A stretch of 60,334 bases of DNA. It comes from an uncultured Clostridia bacterium (GTDB taxonomy: Bacteria > Bacillota > Clostridia > Christensenellales > Borkfalkiaceae). A program made the translations under genes and the position numbers. The DNA lies in NCBI GenBank assembly GCA_944328845.1, contig CALVHV010000001.1, positions 1 to 60,334 on the forward strand. The letters are read 5' to 3'. The notes beneath the pieces are model-generated. The model was not told the origin of the DNA. It saw only the letters and a program-made list of their open reading frames with translations, and did not search any database. This document shows positions 37,951 through 47,213 of this stretch, piece by piece. Numbering within the stretch: position 1 is the first letter of the stretch; each line of letters starts with the position of its first letter.

Positions 37951-38003
37951 AACAACACTCCTTTGAAAAATTTTCATTTAAACTTGCCTGCTGCAAAAGA
38001 GGT

Positions 38004-38252
38004 TCAATAGCGGGAAATGAGCGTTTTGGCGGTGATTCCGCCGACCATTCCCAGCTTTCCCGTCAGCGCATTGACGATCTCCTGCGGGGCGTCCATCACG
38101 ACGGACAGCACGGAGATCTTCTTTGCCCTGTAAGGTATCCCCATTCTGCCGATGATATATTCCCCGAAATCGTGCAGGATGGCGTTGAGTTTTTCCGAAC
38201 GATCGGTATCCTCTACGATGATGCTGAGAACGGCGACCCTGCTTTCGGACAT
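38004..38252 (-). CDS. TM1266-family putative iron-only hydrogenase system regulator (ACT/NikR-C-like)
   Basis: RVAVLSIIVE, LNAILH, IIGRMGIPY, ALTGKLG. Confidence 0.85.
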   Translation of the reverse strand: MSESRVAVLSIIVEDTDRSEKLNAILHDFGEYIIGRMGIPYRAKKISVLSVVMDAPQEIVNALTGKLGMVGGITAKTLISRY

Positions 38253-38366
38253 AAAAAAACCTCCTTTTGCCCGCAGCAAAAAGGAGGCAGTAAAATCCCC
38301 TGAAAGATTTTATATGCGTCTCCCCTTTACCGTCGGGACGAACCCTTCGATTCAGGTTTAAACTTC
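38253..38366 (-). promoter_or_regulatory. attenuator/riboswitch-like 5' leader
   Basis: Terminator stem containing the SD with a U7 tail directly before the ATG; alternative pairings upstream. Confidence 0.65.
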
Positions 38367-38372
38367 TTTGGT

Positions 38373-38401
38373 ATTATAGCCGATTTTTTCCGAAAAGGCA
38401 A
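38373..38401 (-). promoter_or_regulatory. sigma-A promoter TTGCCT-N17-TATAAT
   Basis: Upstream of the leader. Confidence 0.75.
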
Positions 38402-38474
38402 GCGGCAAAACCCCTCCTTTTGCGGTTCCTGACATTTTTTACATATTTTTGCAGCAGGCGTACATACTGAAGGT

Positions 38475-38621
38475 ATGTTCAAGAAGATTATATTGATCGC
38501 CGCGATCGCCGTCTGCCTCGCAGCCATTCTGATGATCGCCATGACCTGTGAAAATGTACCCCATTCGCGCCTTCGGAAGTTTATCGACGCACCCCGCCCC
38601 GTTCCCGTGCGTTTCCTTTAA
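38475..38621 (+). CDS. 48-aa single-TM small protein MFKKIILIAAIAVCLAAILMIAMTCENVPHSRLRKFIDAPRPVPVRFL
   Basis: Read by eye (below the ORF-track cutoff); KK plus a hydrophobic helix; fills the gap and ends just before a hairpin. Confidence 0.6.
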   Translation: MFKKIILIAAIAVCLAAILMIAMTCENVPHSRLRKFIDAPRPVPVRFL

Positions 38622-38655
38622 AAAAATTGCTCCCGCACGAAGCGGGAGCTTAAAA
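38620..38655. terminator. terminator between the small ORF and htpG
   Basis: GCTCCCGC/GCGGGAGC stem. Confidence 0.7.
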
Positions 38656-38657
38656 AC

Positions 38658-40511
38658 TCAGCCGATGAATTGTTTGAGCAGAGCCATATTGTTCTGCGAA
38701 AATTCCTGCATTTCTTCGGGTGCAAGCTTTTTGTAGGAAAGCATCGCCATGTAATAGATCTGATTGGCAACAAATTTACGTTTTTCGTCGTCCAAACCGA
38801 TAAACGCCTGCACTGCGGCATTGGCGGTGTTGATGATGATGGTCATATCCGCGTCGGCATCCGCACCCGCAAGGCCGTAGAACGCATTCATCTCACCGAA
38901 GCGGCGGGAGAATTCGGACACGTTGATGACAGCGGGAACGTCGGCATTTTTCAGCTTTTCCGCCTTGACAGCGATCTTCGTATTTTTCAGCGCAGCCTTG
39001 AACGCTTCGACCAGTTCCTTGTTATCCTCTTCCTTGCTCTCGCTCTCTTTGAGTGCGGCATCCACGTCCGCGTCGATGCGCAGGAAACGGTATTTGCCCG
39101 TCTCTTTGAATTCGAGGTAGCTGATAAAATGCGGGTCGATAAAGGTATCGCAGACGATGGCGTTGAGCCCTGCGTTTTTGAACATGGAGATATACTGAGA
39201 CTGTCCCGCCTCGTCGGATACATAATAGACAGTGACAGGCTCCTTGCTCTCCTCTTTTTTCTCCTCCTTTTTCTCTTCGCCGGCATCTGCCGCAGGCTCT
39301 TCTTTTTTGCCGGCAAAATCGGCAAGAGTCCTGTAATCGCCGTTGAGATCTTTAAAGATGATGATGTCCTTGACTTTGGAATAGAAATCCTCGTCCTTGA
39401 TGCATCCGAGTTTGATAAAGACGGAGAGGTCGCTCCAGCAATTTTTAAACTTTTCGAGATCCTCTTTAAACAACCCCGTCAGTTTGTCCGCTACCTTTTT
39501 GGTAATATGGCGGGAGATCTTCTGCACCTGGCGATCGTTTTGCAGGAAGCTGCGCGAGACGTTAAGGGGAATGTCGGGGCAATCGATCACGCCGTTGAGG
39601 AGCAGCAGGTATTCGGGAATGACTTCCTTGATGTTGTCCGCGATAAAGACCTGGTTGCAGTACAGCTTGACCTTTCCGCGCTCCAGTTCGACTTTACTCT
39701 TCACCTTGGGAAAATACAGGATACCCTTGAGGCGGAAGGGATAATCCATGTTGAGGTGGATCCAGAAGAGCGGATCGTGATAGTCGTGGAATGTCTTGCG
39801 GTAAAACTCTTTGTACTCCTCTTCCGTGCAATCCTTGGGATTTTTCAGGTACAGCGGCTGTGTGTCGTTGAGCGGCTTATCCTCTTTCCCTGTATAATTG
39901 AGGTAGATGTTATACGGCATAAATGCGCAGTATTTTTCCACGAGGGAACGGATGCGCCCTTCATCGAGAAATTCCTTTTCGGCGTCCGCGATGTGCATGA
40001 CGATCTTGGTACCGCGCTCCGCTCTGTCGCACTCTTCGATGGTGTACGTGCTCTCTCCGTCCGATTCCCAATGCACGCCTTTGGCGTCTTCGCGGTAAGA
40101 TTTCGTAAAGATCTCGATGTTTTCGGAGACCATATACGCGGAATAGAAGCCCAGTCCGAAGTGTCCGATGATCCCCTCACCGCCTGCCTGCTCGTATTTG
40201 GCAAGAAAATCGGCTGCACCGGAAAATGCGATCTGCGTGATATATTTTTCCACCTCGTCCTCGGTCATGCCGATCCCGTTGTCCTCGACGGAAAGAGTTT
40301 TGGCGTCTTTGTCCACGGAGATCTTGATGCAGAATTCACCCTCGTAAGCGGGTGCCTCGCCCATCTCGGCAAGCTTTTTGAATTTGGTAATGGCGTCCGC
40401 GCCGTTCGCAACGATCTCGCGCAGAAAAATATCCTTATCCGAATACAGCCATTTTTTGATGATCGGCATCATGTTTTCGCTTGAAATGCGAATGTTTCCT
40501 TGTTTAGACAT
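38658..40511 (-). CDS. htpG: Hsp90 chaperone
   Basis: LYSDKDIFLREIVAN, DNGIGMT, IGHFGLGFYS, GTK, IPLNVSR. Confidence 0.98.
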   Translation of the reverse strand: MSKQGNIRISSENMMPIIKKWLYSDKDIFLREIVANGADAITKFKKLAEMGEAPAYEGEFCIKISVDKDAKTLSVEDNGIGMTEDEVEKYITQIAFSGAADFLAKYEQAGGEGIIGHFGLGFYSAYMVSENIEIFTKSYREDAKGVHWESDGESTYTIEECDRAERGTKIVMHIADAEKEFLDEGRIRSLVEKYCAFMPYNIYLNYTGKEDKPLNDTQPLYLKNPKDCTEEEYKEFYRKTFHDYHDPLFWIHLNMDYPFRLKGILYFPKVKSKVELERGKVKLYCNQVFIADNIKEVIPEYLLLLNGVIDCPDIPLNVSRSFLQNDRQVQKISRHITKKVADKLTGLFKEDLEKFKNCWSDLSVFIKLGCIKDEDFYSKVKDIIIFKDLNGDYRTLADFAGKKEEPAADAGEEKKEEKKEESKEPVTVYYVSDEAGQSQYISMFKNAGLNAIVCDTFIDPHFISYLEFKETGKYRFLRIDADVDAALKESESKEEDNKELVEAFKAALKNTKIAVKAEKLKNADVPAVINVSEFSRRFGEMNAFYGLAGADADADMTIIINTANAAVQAFIGLDDEKRKFVANQIYYMAMLSYKKLAPEEMQEFSQNNMALLKQFIG

Positions 40512-40531
40512 ATTAACACCTCCGTATATAC

Positions 40532-40560
40532 AAAAGCCCCGCGATAACGGCGGGGCTTAC
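40532..40560 (-). terminator. hairpin between ispH-rpsA and htpG
   Basis: AAGCCCCGC/GCGGGGCTT stem plus TTTT on the minus strand. Confidence 0.65.
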
Positions 40561-40571
40561 GTTGTCTTTCA

Positions 40572-42701
40572 TTAGTCGTTGTTTTTGTTCTGATTTTCCA
40601 GCATCTCTGCGATGGATGCGCCGCCGATACCGCCTTCCGTCCATTCTCTGTAATCGTCCTCATCCCTCTGCTCTCTGGGCTGACGCGCTCTCCTGGGTTT
40701 GCGCTCGCCGCGCTCTTCGCCGTTGTTGTCGCGGCGGGTGTGCACTCTCGTCACCTCGGGTTCGGGAAGCAGAGCCTTGATGGAAAGGGTCATCTTCTTG
40801 TTTGCGGGGTCGAGAACGAGGATCTTGGCATCGATCTCCTCACCGATGTTCAACACGGAGGTCGGGTTCTCCAACCATTCGTGAGAGATCTGGGAGACAT
40901 GCACGAGACCGTCCACACCGTTTTCCACTTCGACAAAAGCGCCGAAAGGAACAATACGGACGACCTTGCCGTGAACGACGTCGCCTTCTGCATATTTCTC
41001 GGCAACGAGATCCCAAGGCTGAGGCTGCAGCTGTTTATAGCCGATGGAGACCTTCTTGTTCTCCTCGTCGACTTTAAGAACTTTGAATTCGTATTTTTTA
41101 CCGATCTCGAGAACGTCCGTAACGCTCTTCGCACCCGACCAGGACAGATCGGAGATGTGCGCGAGGCAGTCGAACCCGTTGACGGAAACGAACGCACCGA
41201 AGCTGGTCACGCGCTCCACTTTACCTTCCACGACGTCGCCGACATGGATGTTGGCAAAGAATTCTGCTTCTTTTTCCGCTTTGGCAGCATCGCGGGCCGC
41301 TCTCTCTTCTTCGAGGATCACGCGCTGGGAAGCGATGATCTCCTTTTTGCGGTCGGATTTTTTGATCTCAAGAGCCTTGAGGCGCAGCTTTTTGCCGACG
41401 TACTTTTCCAGCTCCTTGACATATCCCATGCGGATTTCTTTTGCAGGCACGAAGACGGAATAGGTCCCCATCGTCGCGGTGAGGCCGCCCTTGTTGAAGC
41501 CCGTGCAGACGACGTCGAACTCTTCGCCGTTGCTGATCGCTTCGATCTTGCCTTCCTCTTCCTTGATCTGCTTGATGATCTTCTGGGAAAGCTTGACAGG
41601 GTTTGCGGGATTGACGACCATCACTTCGATCTCGTCGCCGATCTTGGAAGCATAGTCCTCCGCTTTGTATTCTTCGCAATCGATCTCGTCTTTTTCAAGC
41701 AAGATTTCCTTTTTAAAGAAAGGTAACAACACAGCCACGCCTTCATCCGACGCCGAAGAGATGATCGCTTTGACAAGCTGACCTTTCTTCAATTTAGACT
41801 GCCCGTTATCCATCTGCGCAACGACATCTGCCATGCTGTCTGCCACTTCGTTCGTTGCCTTTACTTCCGTGTTGTTTTCCATCTTAAAAAGAACCTCCTG
41901 CGTTTGCGTGTGCGGAGTCGATGCTCCGGACACAATGCCTACATTTTTAAAATTTTTTATTTTTTGGATTTCGAGTTCGTCGGGATGAGTCAGTCGGAAC
42001 ACCCGCGCGCAACGGCTCCTGCAGATCTCGTACAATTTGTTGGTGTTGCTGCTGTTTGCACCACCGATGACGATCATCGCATCGCACTTTGCGGCCAGCT
42101 CAGCCGCCTCTTTCTGACGCTCTTTAGTAGTATAACAAATTGTTTTGAAAATCTCAACTGTTTTTTCGCAACTCTTTTCAATATTTTTAATAATTTTTTC
42201 AAATTTTTCTTCCGAACAGGTCGTTTGCGCCACTACGGCGATATTTTTGTCTTTCAGCGGCAGGATCTCGGAAGAATCGTCGCTGTCTATGACCACCGTC
42301 TCGCCCGAACTCCAGCCGCACACCCCCACCACTTCGGGGTGAAGTTTTTCGCCCACGACCACAACAGTCCTGCCCAGCGCGGACTGCTCTTCGGCGATCT
42401 TCTGAATGTGGCTGACAAAGGGACAGGTGCAGTCGAGGATACGGATCCCCCGCGCGTTGCATGCCGCGTACACCTGCTTTCCCACGCCGTGCGAACGCAG
42501 AATGAGAGTTGCACCGTCCGGCACTTCGGACACGTCCGAAACGGTGACGATGCCGCGCGCGGCGACCTGCTGCGTGATCTGAGGATTGTGGATGAGTTCG
42601 CCCAGGAGATATGTGTTTTCGGACGGTACTGTCATCGCCGTATCCACCGCGTGCTGTACCCCCTTGCAAAAGCCGCTGCTGGCGGCAACGGTTACCTTCA
42701 T
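40572..42701 (-). CDS. ispH-rpsA: bifunctional IspH (HMBPP reductase) / ribosomal protein S1 fusion
   Basis: GFCKGV, IHNP, SHG, TCP, HPEV, QTT, TIC, SSN, followed by four S1 repeats (FGAFV, HISDLSW, HVSQIS). Confidence 0.96.
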   Translation of the reverse strand: MKVTVAASSGFCKGVQHAVDTAMTVPSENTYLLGELIHNPQITQQVAARGIVTVSDVSEVPDGATLILRSHGVGKQVYAACNARGIRILDCTCPFVSHIQKIAEEQSALGRTVVVVGEKLHPEVVGVCGWSSGETVVIDSDDSSEILPLKDKNIAVVAQTTCSEEKFEKIIKNIEKSCEKTVEIFKTICYTTKERQKEAAELAAKCDAMIVIGGANSSNTNKLYEICRSRCARVFRLTHPDELEIQKIKNFKNVGIVSGASTPHTQTQEVLFKMENNTEVKATNEVADSMADVVAQMDNGQSKLKKGQLVKAIISSASDEGVAVLLPFFKKEILLEKDEIDCEEYKAEDYASKIGDEIEVMVVNPANPVKLSQKIIKQIKEEEGKIEAISNGEEFDVVCTGFNKGGLTATMGTYSVFVPAKEIRMGYVKELEKYVGKKLRLKALEIKKSDRKKEIIASQRVILEEERAARDAAKAEKEAEFFANIHVGDVVEGKVERVTSFGAFVSVNGFDCLAHISDLSWSGAKSVTDVLEIGKKYEFKVLKVDEENKKVSIGYKQLQPQPWDLVAEKYAEGDVVHGKVVRIVPFGAFVEVENGVDGLVHVSQISHEWLENPTSVLNIGEEIDAKILVLDPANKKMTLSIKALLPEPEVTRVHTRRDNNGEERGERKPRRARQPREQRDEDDYREWTEGGIGGASIAEMLENQNKNND

Positions 42702-43351
42702 TTACTGCCCTTCTTCCCTCTCTTCTGCTTTTTGGCGCGCTTCTTCTCTTCCTGCGCGGCGATATAATCGTGCTTGGTGGCAAGCATCCTTTCGCGGATG
42801 CGATCCTCCGCGGCGGCATAGTCTTCCGCCGTCATTCTCTTGTCGTAAAAATCGGAAAGATCGATGGGGTCGCCGACAATGATCTTTGTACGAATAAAAG
42901 GCCGAGTCTTACGCAGACACATGACGGGATAGACCGGCACGCGCGCCTTGATGGCAAACAGTGCCGAACCGCCTTTCAAAGGAAGCAGCTCCACATCTTT
43001 CGTTTTATTGCGCGTACCTTCGGGAAACATGGAGATCTTCTCTCCGTTTTTAAGGTAACGCAGCGCCGTCATCACGGCTTTGGCGTCGTTCCCGTCTCTG
43101 GAAACGGGAATCGCCTGCACGATGTCGCACAGATGTGCGAGGAACTTGCTTTTATATAGCTCTTTTTTGGTGATGAAGTGCACCTTTTCCTTGGTCGTGC
43201 AGGCCATGTGCACGATGTCCCAGATGCGGTAATGATTCCCCACCAGCACGCAGGCACCGTCTTTGACCTTCTCTTTCCCGATCAGTTTATACGGGAGAAT
43301 GATCTGCACGAAGCAGTTGACGACGACTTTCAAAAAACCGTATGTCAGCAT
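42698..43351 (-). CDS. plsC: 1-acyl-sn-glycerol-3-phosphate acyltransferase
   Basis: NHYRIWD (HX4D), FPEGTR; cmk-plsC-ispH synteny. Confidence 0.88.
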   Translation of the reverse strand: MLTYGFLKVVVNCFVQIILPYKLIGKEKVKDGACVLVGNHYRIWDIVHMACTTKEKVHFITKKELYKSKFLAHLCDIVQAIPVSRDGNDAKAVMTALRYLKNGEKISMFPEGTRNKTKDVELLPLKGGSALFAIKARVPVYPVMCLRKTRPFIRTKIIVGDPIDLSDFYDKRMTAEDYAAAEDRIRERMLATKHDYIAAQEEKKRAKKQKRGKKGSK

Positions 43352-43352
43352 A

Positions 43353-44357
43353 TCAAACCTTCTCCTGGATCTTCTTTTCTATATAAGAGAGTACTTCGTC
43401 GATGGTCATCTCTGACGTATCCACGAGGACGGCGTCCTCCGCGCGGCGCAGAGGCGCAAACGTCCGCTTCGAATCGTTCTCGTCCCGCTGTTCGATCTCC
43501 CTTTGCAACTGTGCGAGATCCACATCGAACCCCTTCGCCTTCAGTTCATCATAGCGACGGCGGGCGCGGACGTCGCTGCGCGCCGTAATGTAGAACTTAA
43601 ATTCCGCCTGCGGCAGGACAAAGGAACCGATATCCCTGCCGTCCAGAACGCAGGACTGTTCGGAGGCGATCCTGCGCTGCATCTCCACCATCTTTTCTCG
43701 CACACATTTCAACGCGGAAATTTCGGAAGCCGCCATAGAGACCTCCGGTCTGCGAATGGTTTCGGAGACGTCCTCACCGTCCAGGATGGTATGCTGTTTT
43801 CCGTCGCGGTACTCGATACGAAGGTCGAGCGACTGCATCAGCGGCAGGACGGTCTTTTCTTCGATCTTTGAAACACGCTCTTTCATCGCCTTCAAAGCGC
43901 AGGCGCGGTACATAGCTCCCGTATCGAGATAAAGGATGTTGTGCGCGGCGGCAAGAAGTTTTGCCACCGTGCTCTTGCCGCTGCCCGCAGGCCCGTCCAG
44001 CGCGACAGAATACTTTTTCAGATCTTTGCGCAGATTCGCCGCGCCGCGCAGATATACATGGCGGACAGGTTCCTGCGTTTCGGCAAAGATCAGAACGCGC
44101 AGACAGTGCGGGAGCGCTCCCTCGATGTCCGGTTCCGCGGAGGAATAGAGCGCGGGATGTGTAAACCCTGCCTCTCGCGCTGCCTTGGCGGGATACAGCG
44201 AACGGATGTCCGCCGTATTGGAAAAGAGAATGCAGAGTATCTCTTCCTCGCTCAGTCGGTTCTGCCGACAGATCTGTGTAAGCAATTCCCCGACGGCGGA
44301 CCTGATCTCCTGCGGCGTATCCTGTTCCACCGTAGTGGCTCCGCGAATGGCTTTCAT
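43353..44357 (-). CDS. aroH-cmk: AroH-type chorismate mutase fused to cytidylate kinase
   Basis: aa 1-113: IRGATTV, YPAKAAR, CLRVL, HVYL, LRKDL; then LDGPAGSGKST, LDTGAMYR, DGRDIG, RDEND, APL. Confidence 0.93.
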   Translation of the reverse strand: MKAIRGATTVEQDTPQEIRSAVGELLTQICRQNRLSEEEILCILFSNTADIRSLYPAKAAREAGFTHPALYSSAEPDIEGALPHCLRVLIFAETQEPVRHVYLRGAANLRKDLKKYSVALDGPAGSGKSTVAKLLAAAHNILYLDTGAMYRACALKAMKERVSKIEEKTVLPLMQSLDLRIEYRDGKQHTILDGEDVSETIRRPEVSMAASEISALKCVREKMVEMQRRIASEQSCVLDGRDIGSFVLPQAEFKFYITARSDVRARRRYDELKAKGFDVDLAQLQREIEQRDENDSKRTFAPLRRAEDAVLVDTSEMTIDEVLSYIEKKIQEKV

Positions 44358-44383
44358 ACCGTTTCCTCCTCTTTTATCGGATC

Positions 44384-44404
44384 TATGTCAGACATAGTAC
44401 TTCG
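44384..44404. repeat. 21-bp intergenic element, copy 2
   Basis: Identical to 1807..1827; palindrome extends to CTATGTC-A-GACATAG. Confidence 0.85.
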
Positions 44405-44424
44405 TATTTCTTATAAAAAACAGT

Positions 44425-45648
44425 TTAACGGATGCTGTTTCCCGCTGCATAGCCTGTCATAAAAGCGATCTGCAAATTGAAACCGCCCGTAAAAGCGTCC
44501 ACATCGAGTGCCTCTCCGCAAAAATACAGACCGGGTACAGACTTACATTCCATCGATTTCGGATGGATCTGTGCAATGTCCACGCCGCCCGCCGTAACGA
44601 TCCCCTCCTCGATGGGACGAAGGGATTTTCCCTGCAGACGAAAGCCTTTCAGGGTACGCAACAGCTGCGCCCTCGCCGCCTTAGACAGGGCATTGACTGG
44701 CTGTTCGGGAGGAACAGACGCCTGGCGAAGGACGGGCAGAACGAGGCTTTTCGGAAGCAGCTCGTCAAGCGCGTTCTGCATCTGCTTGTTTTTGTATTTC
44801 TCAAAATCGCGCAACAGGCGCTTGTCCAGCGTCGCCTCGTCGAGTGCAGGTTTCAGATCGATCTCAAGCGAGATCTCCTTCCAATGCTCCACACCGTTGA
44901 GAAGACTGGAAAGAGAAAGGACGATGGGCCCGGAGATCCCAAAATGGGTAAAGAGCATTTCTCCAAAGAAACTGCCCAAGATCTTCCCCTGCCGCGACGC
45001 AGTGATCCTTACGTTTTTCAGCGTGAGACCCTGCAGGCGGGAAATTTCCGACATCTCGCAGACGATCCCGCACAGTGCGGGGTGCAAAGGCTTTACACAG
45101 AGCCCGAACCGACGCGCAAAGACAAACCCGTCCCCCGTACTACCCGTGGCGGGATAAGAAACGCCGCCCGTACAGACGATGACGGCGTCAAACTCGTATT
45201 CCCCTTTTTCTGTTTTTATCGAAAAGACGTCGCCTTTCTTATCCAATGCGGAAACACCCTCCCGAAACAGAAAGAGCACGCCTGCATTGCGGCAATATCT
45301 TTCGAGGCATTTTGTCACGTCGCTCGCTTTGTCCGATGCGGGAAAAACGCGGTTTCCGCGCTCCACCTTTAAGGCAAGCCCTCCATCCTCCAAAAACTGC
45401 ATGGTTTTCTGCGGAGGAAAGGTATAGGCGCAGCCCTTTAAAAACTTAGCATTGCGGACGACGTTTTCCAAAAATCCTTCGGGAGAAGTATCGTTCGTCA
45501 CGTTGCAGCGTCCCTTCCCCGTGATGTAGATCTTCTTCCCCGCCTTTTCGTTTTTCTCAAAGACGGTGACGGTATTCTGATTTTTTGCGGCGGCATACGC
45601 CGCCATCAATCCAGAGGCGCCCGCGCCGATGACCGCTACTCTCTTCAT
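44425..45648 (-). CDS. HI0933/BaiN/YtfP-family flavoprotein
   Basis: GAGASG, GKKIYITGKGRCNVTN, TGSTGDG, LFTHFGISGP, TAGGV, TGGFNLQ. Confidence 0.93.
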   Translation of the reverse strand: MKRVAVIGAGASGLMAAYAAAKNQNTVTVFEKNEKAGKKIYITGKGRCNVTNDTSPEGFLENVVRNAKFLKGCAYTFPPQKTMQFLEDGGLALKVERGNRVFPASDKASDVTKCLERYCRNAGVLFLFREGVSALDKKGDVFSIKTEKGEYEFDAVIVCTGGVSYPATGSTGDGFVFARRFGLCVKPLHPALCGIVCEMSEISRLQGLTLKNVRITASRQGKILGSFFGEMLFTHFGISGPIVLSLSSLLNGVEHWKEISLEIDLKPALDEATLDKRLLRDFEKYKNKQMQNALDELLPKSLVLPVLRQASVPPEQPVNALSKAARAQLLRTLKGFRLQGKSLRPIEEGIVTAGGVDIAQIHPKSMECKSVPGLYFCGEALDVDAFTGGFNLQIAFMTGYAAGNSIR

Positions 45649-45714
45649 TGTTTCCTTATGAAAGAATCAGCGAAAGCTGAACAAACGCTTCCGCTGACTC
45701 CGTTCTTCCTGTGA

Positions 45715-47130
45715 TCAGACGGGATAGACCTTACCGCCCTCGGCAAGATTTTTATCCACGCCTTCCTTAGCAGCTTTACGCCACTTGAAGTAATTGAGCG
45801 CGACCTGCCCGAACACGGCATAGGAAAGGACGTCCTCTTCCTGCTCCATGTACTCGGCGATCTCCGCCTTGAACTGATCGTATTCGGGCTTGAGATCGTC
45901 GGCGGGACGATACGTGATACGCTTTTCGTCACCGATGCACTTCTTGACGACCGCGGGATCGGGCTCTGCGGGAAGTTTGCCGTATTCGCCGCGAAGGATG
46001 CCCTTGAATTCTTTGGTGACCATCTTATAACGCTCGCCAGCAAGCACGTTGAGCACTGCCTGCGTTCCGACGATCTGCGAAGAAGGTGTGACCAAAGGAG
46101 GATATCCGCAGTCTTTGCGGACGTTGGGAACTTCTGCAAGCACTTCCGCAAGCTTATCCGACTTGTTCTGCTGTTTCAGCTGGGAAATAAGGTTGGAAAG
46201 CATGCCGCCCGGCACCTGGTAGATCAGCGCGTTGATATCGATGGAAAGCACCTTCGGGGACAGGAAACCATCCTGTTTGAGGCGCTCGGCGACCTTTTTG
46301 AAATGATCGACGATGGGCAGGAGTTTCTGAATGTCGATGCCCGTATCGTAAGGCGTTCCCGCAAGCGTCGCAACCAGCGGTTCCGTCGCGGGCTGGCTGG
46401 TACCGTTACCGAGAGGCGAAAGAGCCGTATCGACGATGTCGACGCCCGCCTCGATGGCTTTGAGGTTGACCATGTCGCCCGTGCCGGCCGTATTGTGCGT
46501 GTGCAGATGCACTTTCGTTTCCGGCTTGAGTTCTTTTTTCAGCTGGGATACGAGGTCATACGCCGTATACGGCAAAAGAAGGTTTGCCATGTCCTTGATG
46601 CAGATGTTGTCCGCACCCATGCTTTCCAGCTGTTTGGCAAGTTTGACAAAATATGCGGTGGTGTGCACGGGGCTGGTCGTATAGCTGATCGCAGCTTCGC
46701 AGATACCGCCGTATTTTTTGATCGCCTTCATGGACGTTTCGAGGTTTCTCGGATCGTTGAGCGCGTCGAACACGCGGACGACGCGGACACCGTTTTCGAT
46801 GGATTTTGCGACAAACTTTTCTACGACATCGTCCGAATAATGGCGATATCCGAGCAAGTTCTGTCCGCGCAAGAGCATCTGGATCGGCGTCTTTTTCAGG
46901 TATTTACGCAGCGTTCTCAGTCTCTCCCAGGGATCTTCGTTGAGGAAGCGAAGGCAGGAGTCGAAGGTTGCGCCACCCCATGCCTCCAACGAATAATAGC
47001 CGACCTCGTCCAGCTGTTCGAGAACGGGGAGCATCTCGTCGAGGCGCATGCGCGTAGCCGCCTGCGACTGGTGCGCGTCGCGCAGGATGGTATCGGTGAT
47101 CAATACTTTTTTATTTGCTTTGTTAGCCAT
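45715..47130 (-). CDS. oadA: oxaloacetate decarboxylase alpha / pyruvate carboxyltransferase subunit (no biotinyl domain)
   Basis: RDAHQS, WGGATFD, EDPWERL, IKDMA, HTH, PGGMLSN, PLVTPSSQIVG. Confidence 0.9.
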   Translation of the reverse strand: MANKANKKVLITDTILRDAHQSQAATRMRLDEMLPVLEQLDEVGYYSLEAWGGATFDSCLRFLNEDPWERLRTLRKYLKKTPIQMLLRGQNLLGYRHYSDDVVEKFVAKSIENGVRVVRVFDALNDPRNLETSMKAIKKYGGICEAAISYTTSPVHTTAYFVKLAKQLESMGADNICIKDMANLLLPYTAYDLVSQLKKELKPETKVHLHTHNTAGTGDMVNLKAIEAGVDIVDTALSPLGNGTSQPATEPLVATLAGTPYDTGIDIQKLLPIVDHFKKVAERLKQDGFLSPKVLSIDINALIYQVPGGMLSNLISQLKQQNKSDKLAEVLAEVPNVRKDCGYPPLVTPSSQIVGTQAVLNVLAGERYKMVTKEFKGILRGEYGKLPAEPDPAVVKKCIGDEKRITYRPADDLKPEYDQFKAEIAEYMEQEEDVLSYAVFGQVALNYFKWRKAAKEGVDKNLAEGGKVYPV

Positions 47131-47213
47131 TGCTTTTCTCCCGAAATTATACTCTGTATCCCGCCTATTCCCCTGTCCTCAGACAGGAGAGCAAGCGGAA
47201 AAATGTTCGCAGT

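Noticed and set aside
38327-38542. 71-aa minus-strand ORF
   Set aside because: It is antisense to the better-supported 48-aa plus ORF and runs across the TM1266 promoter.
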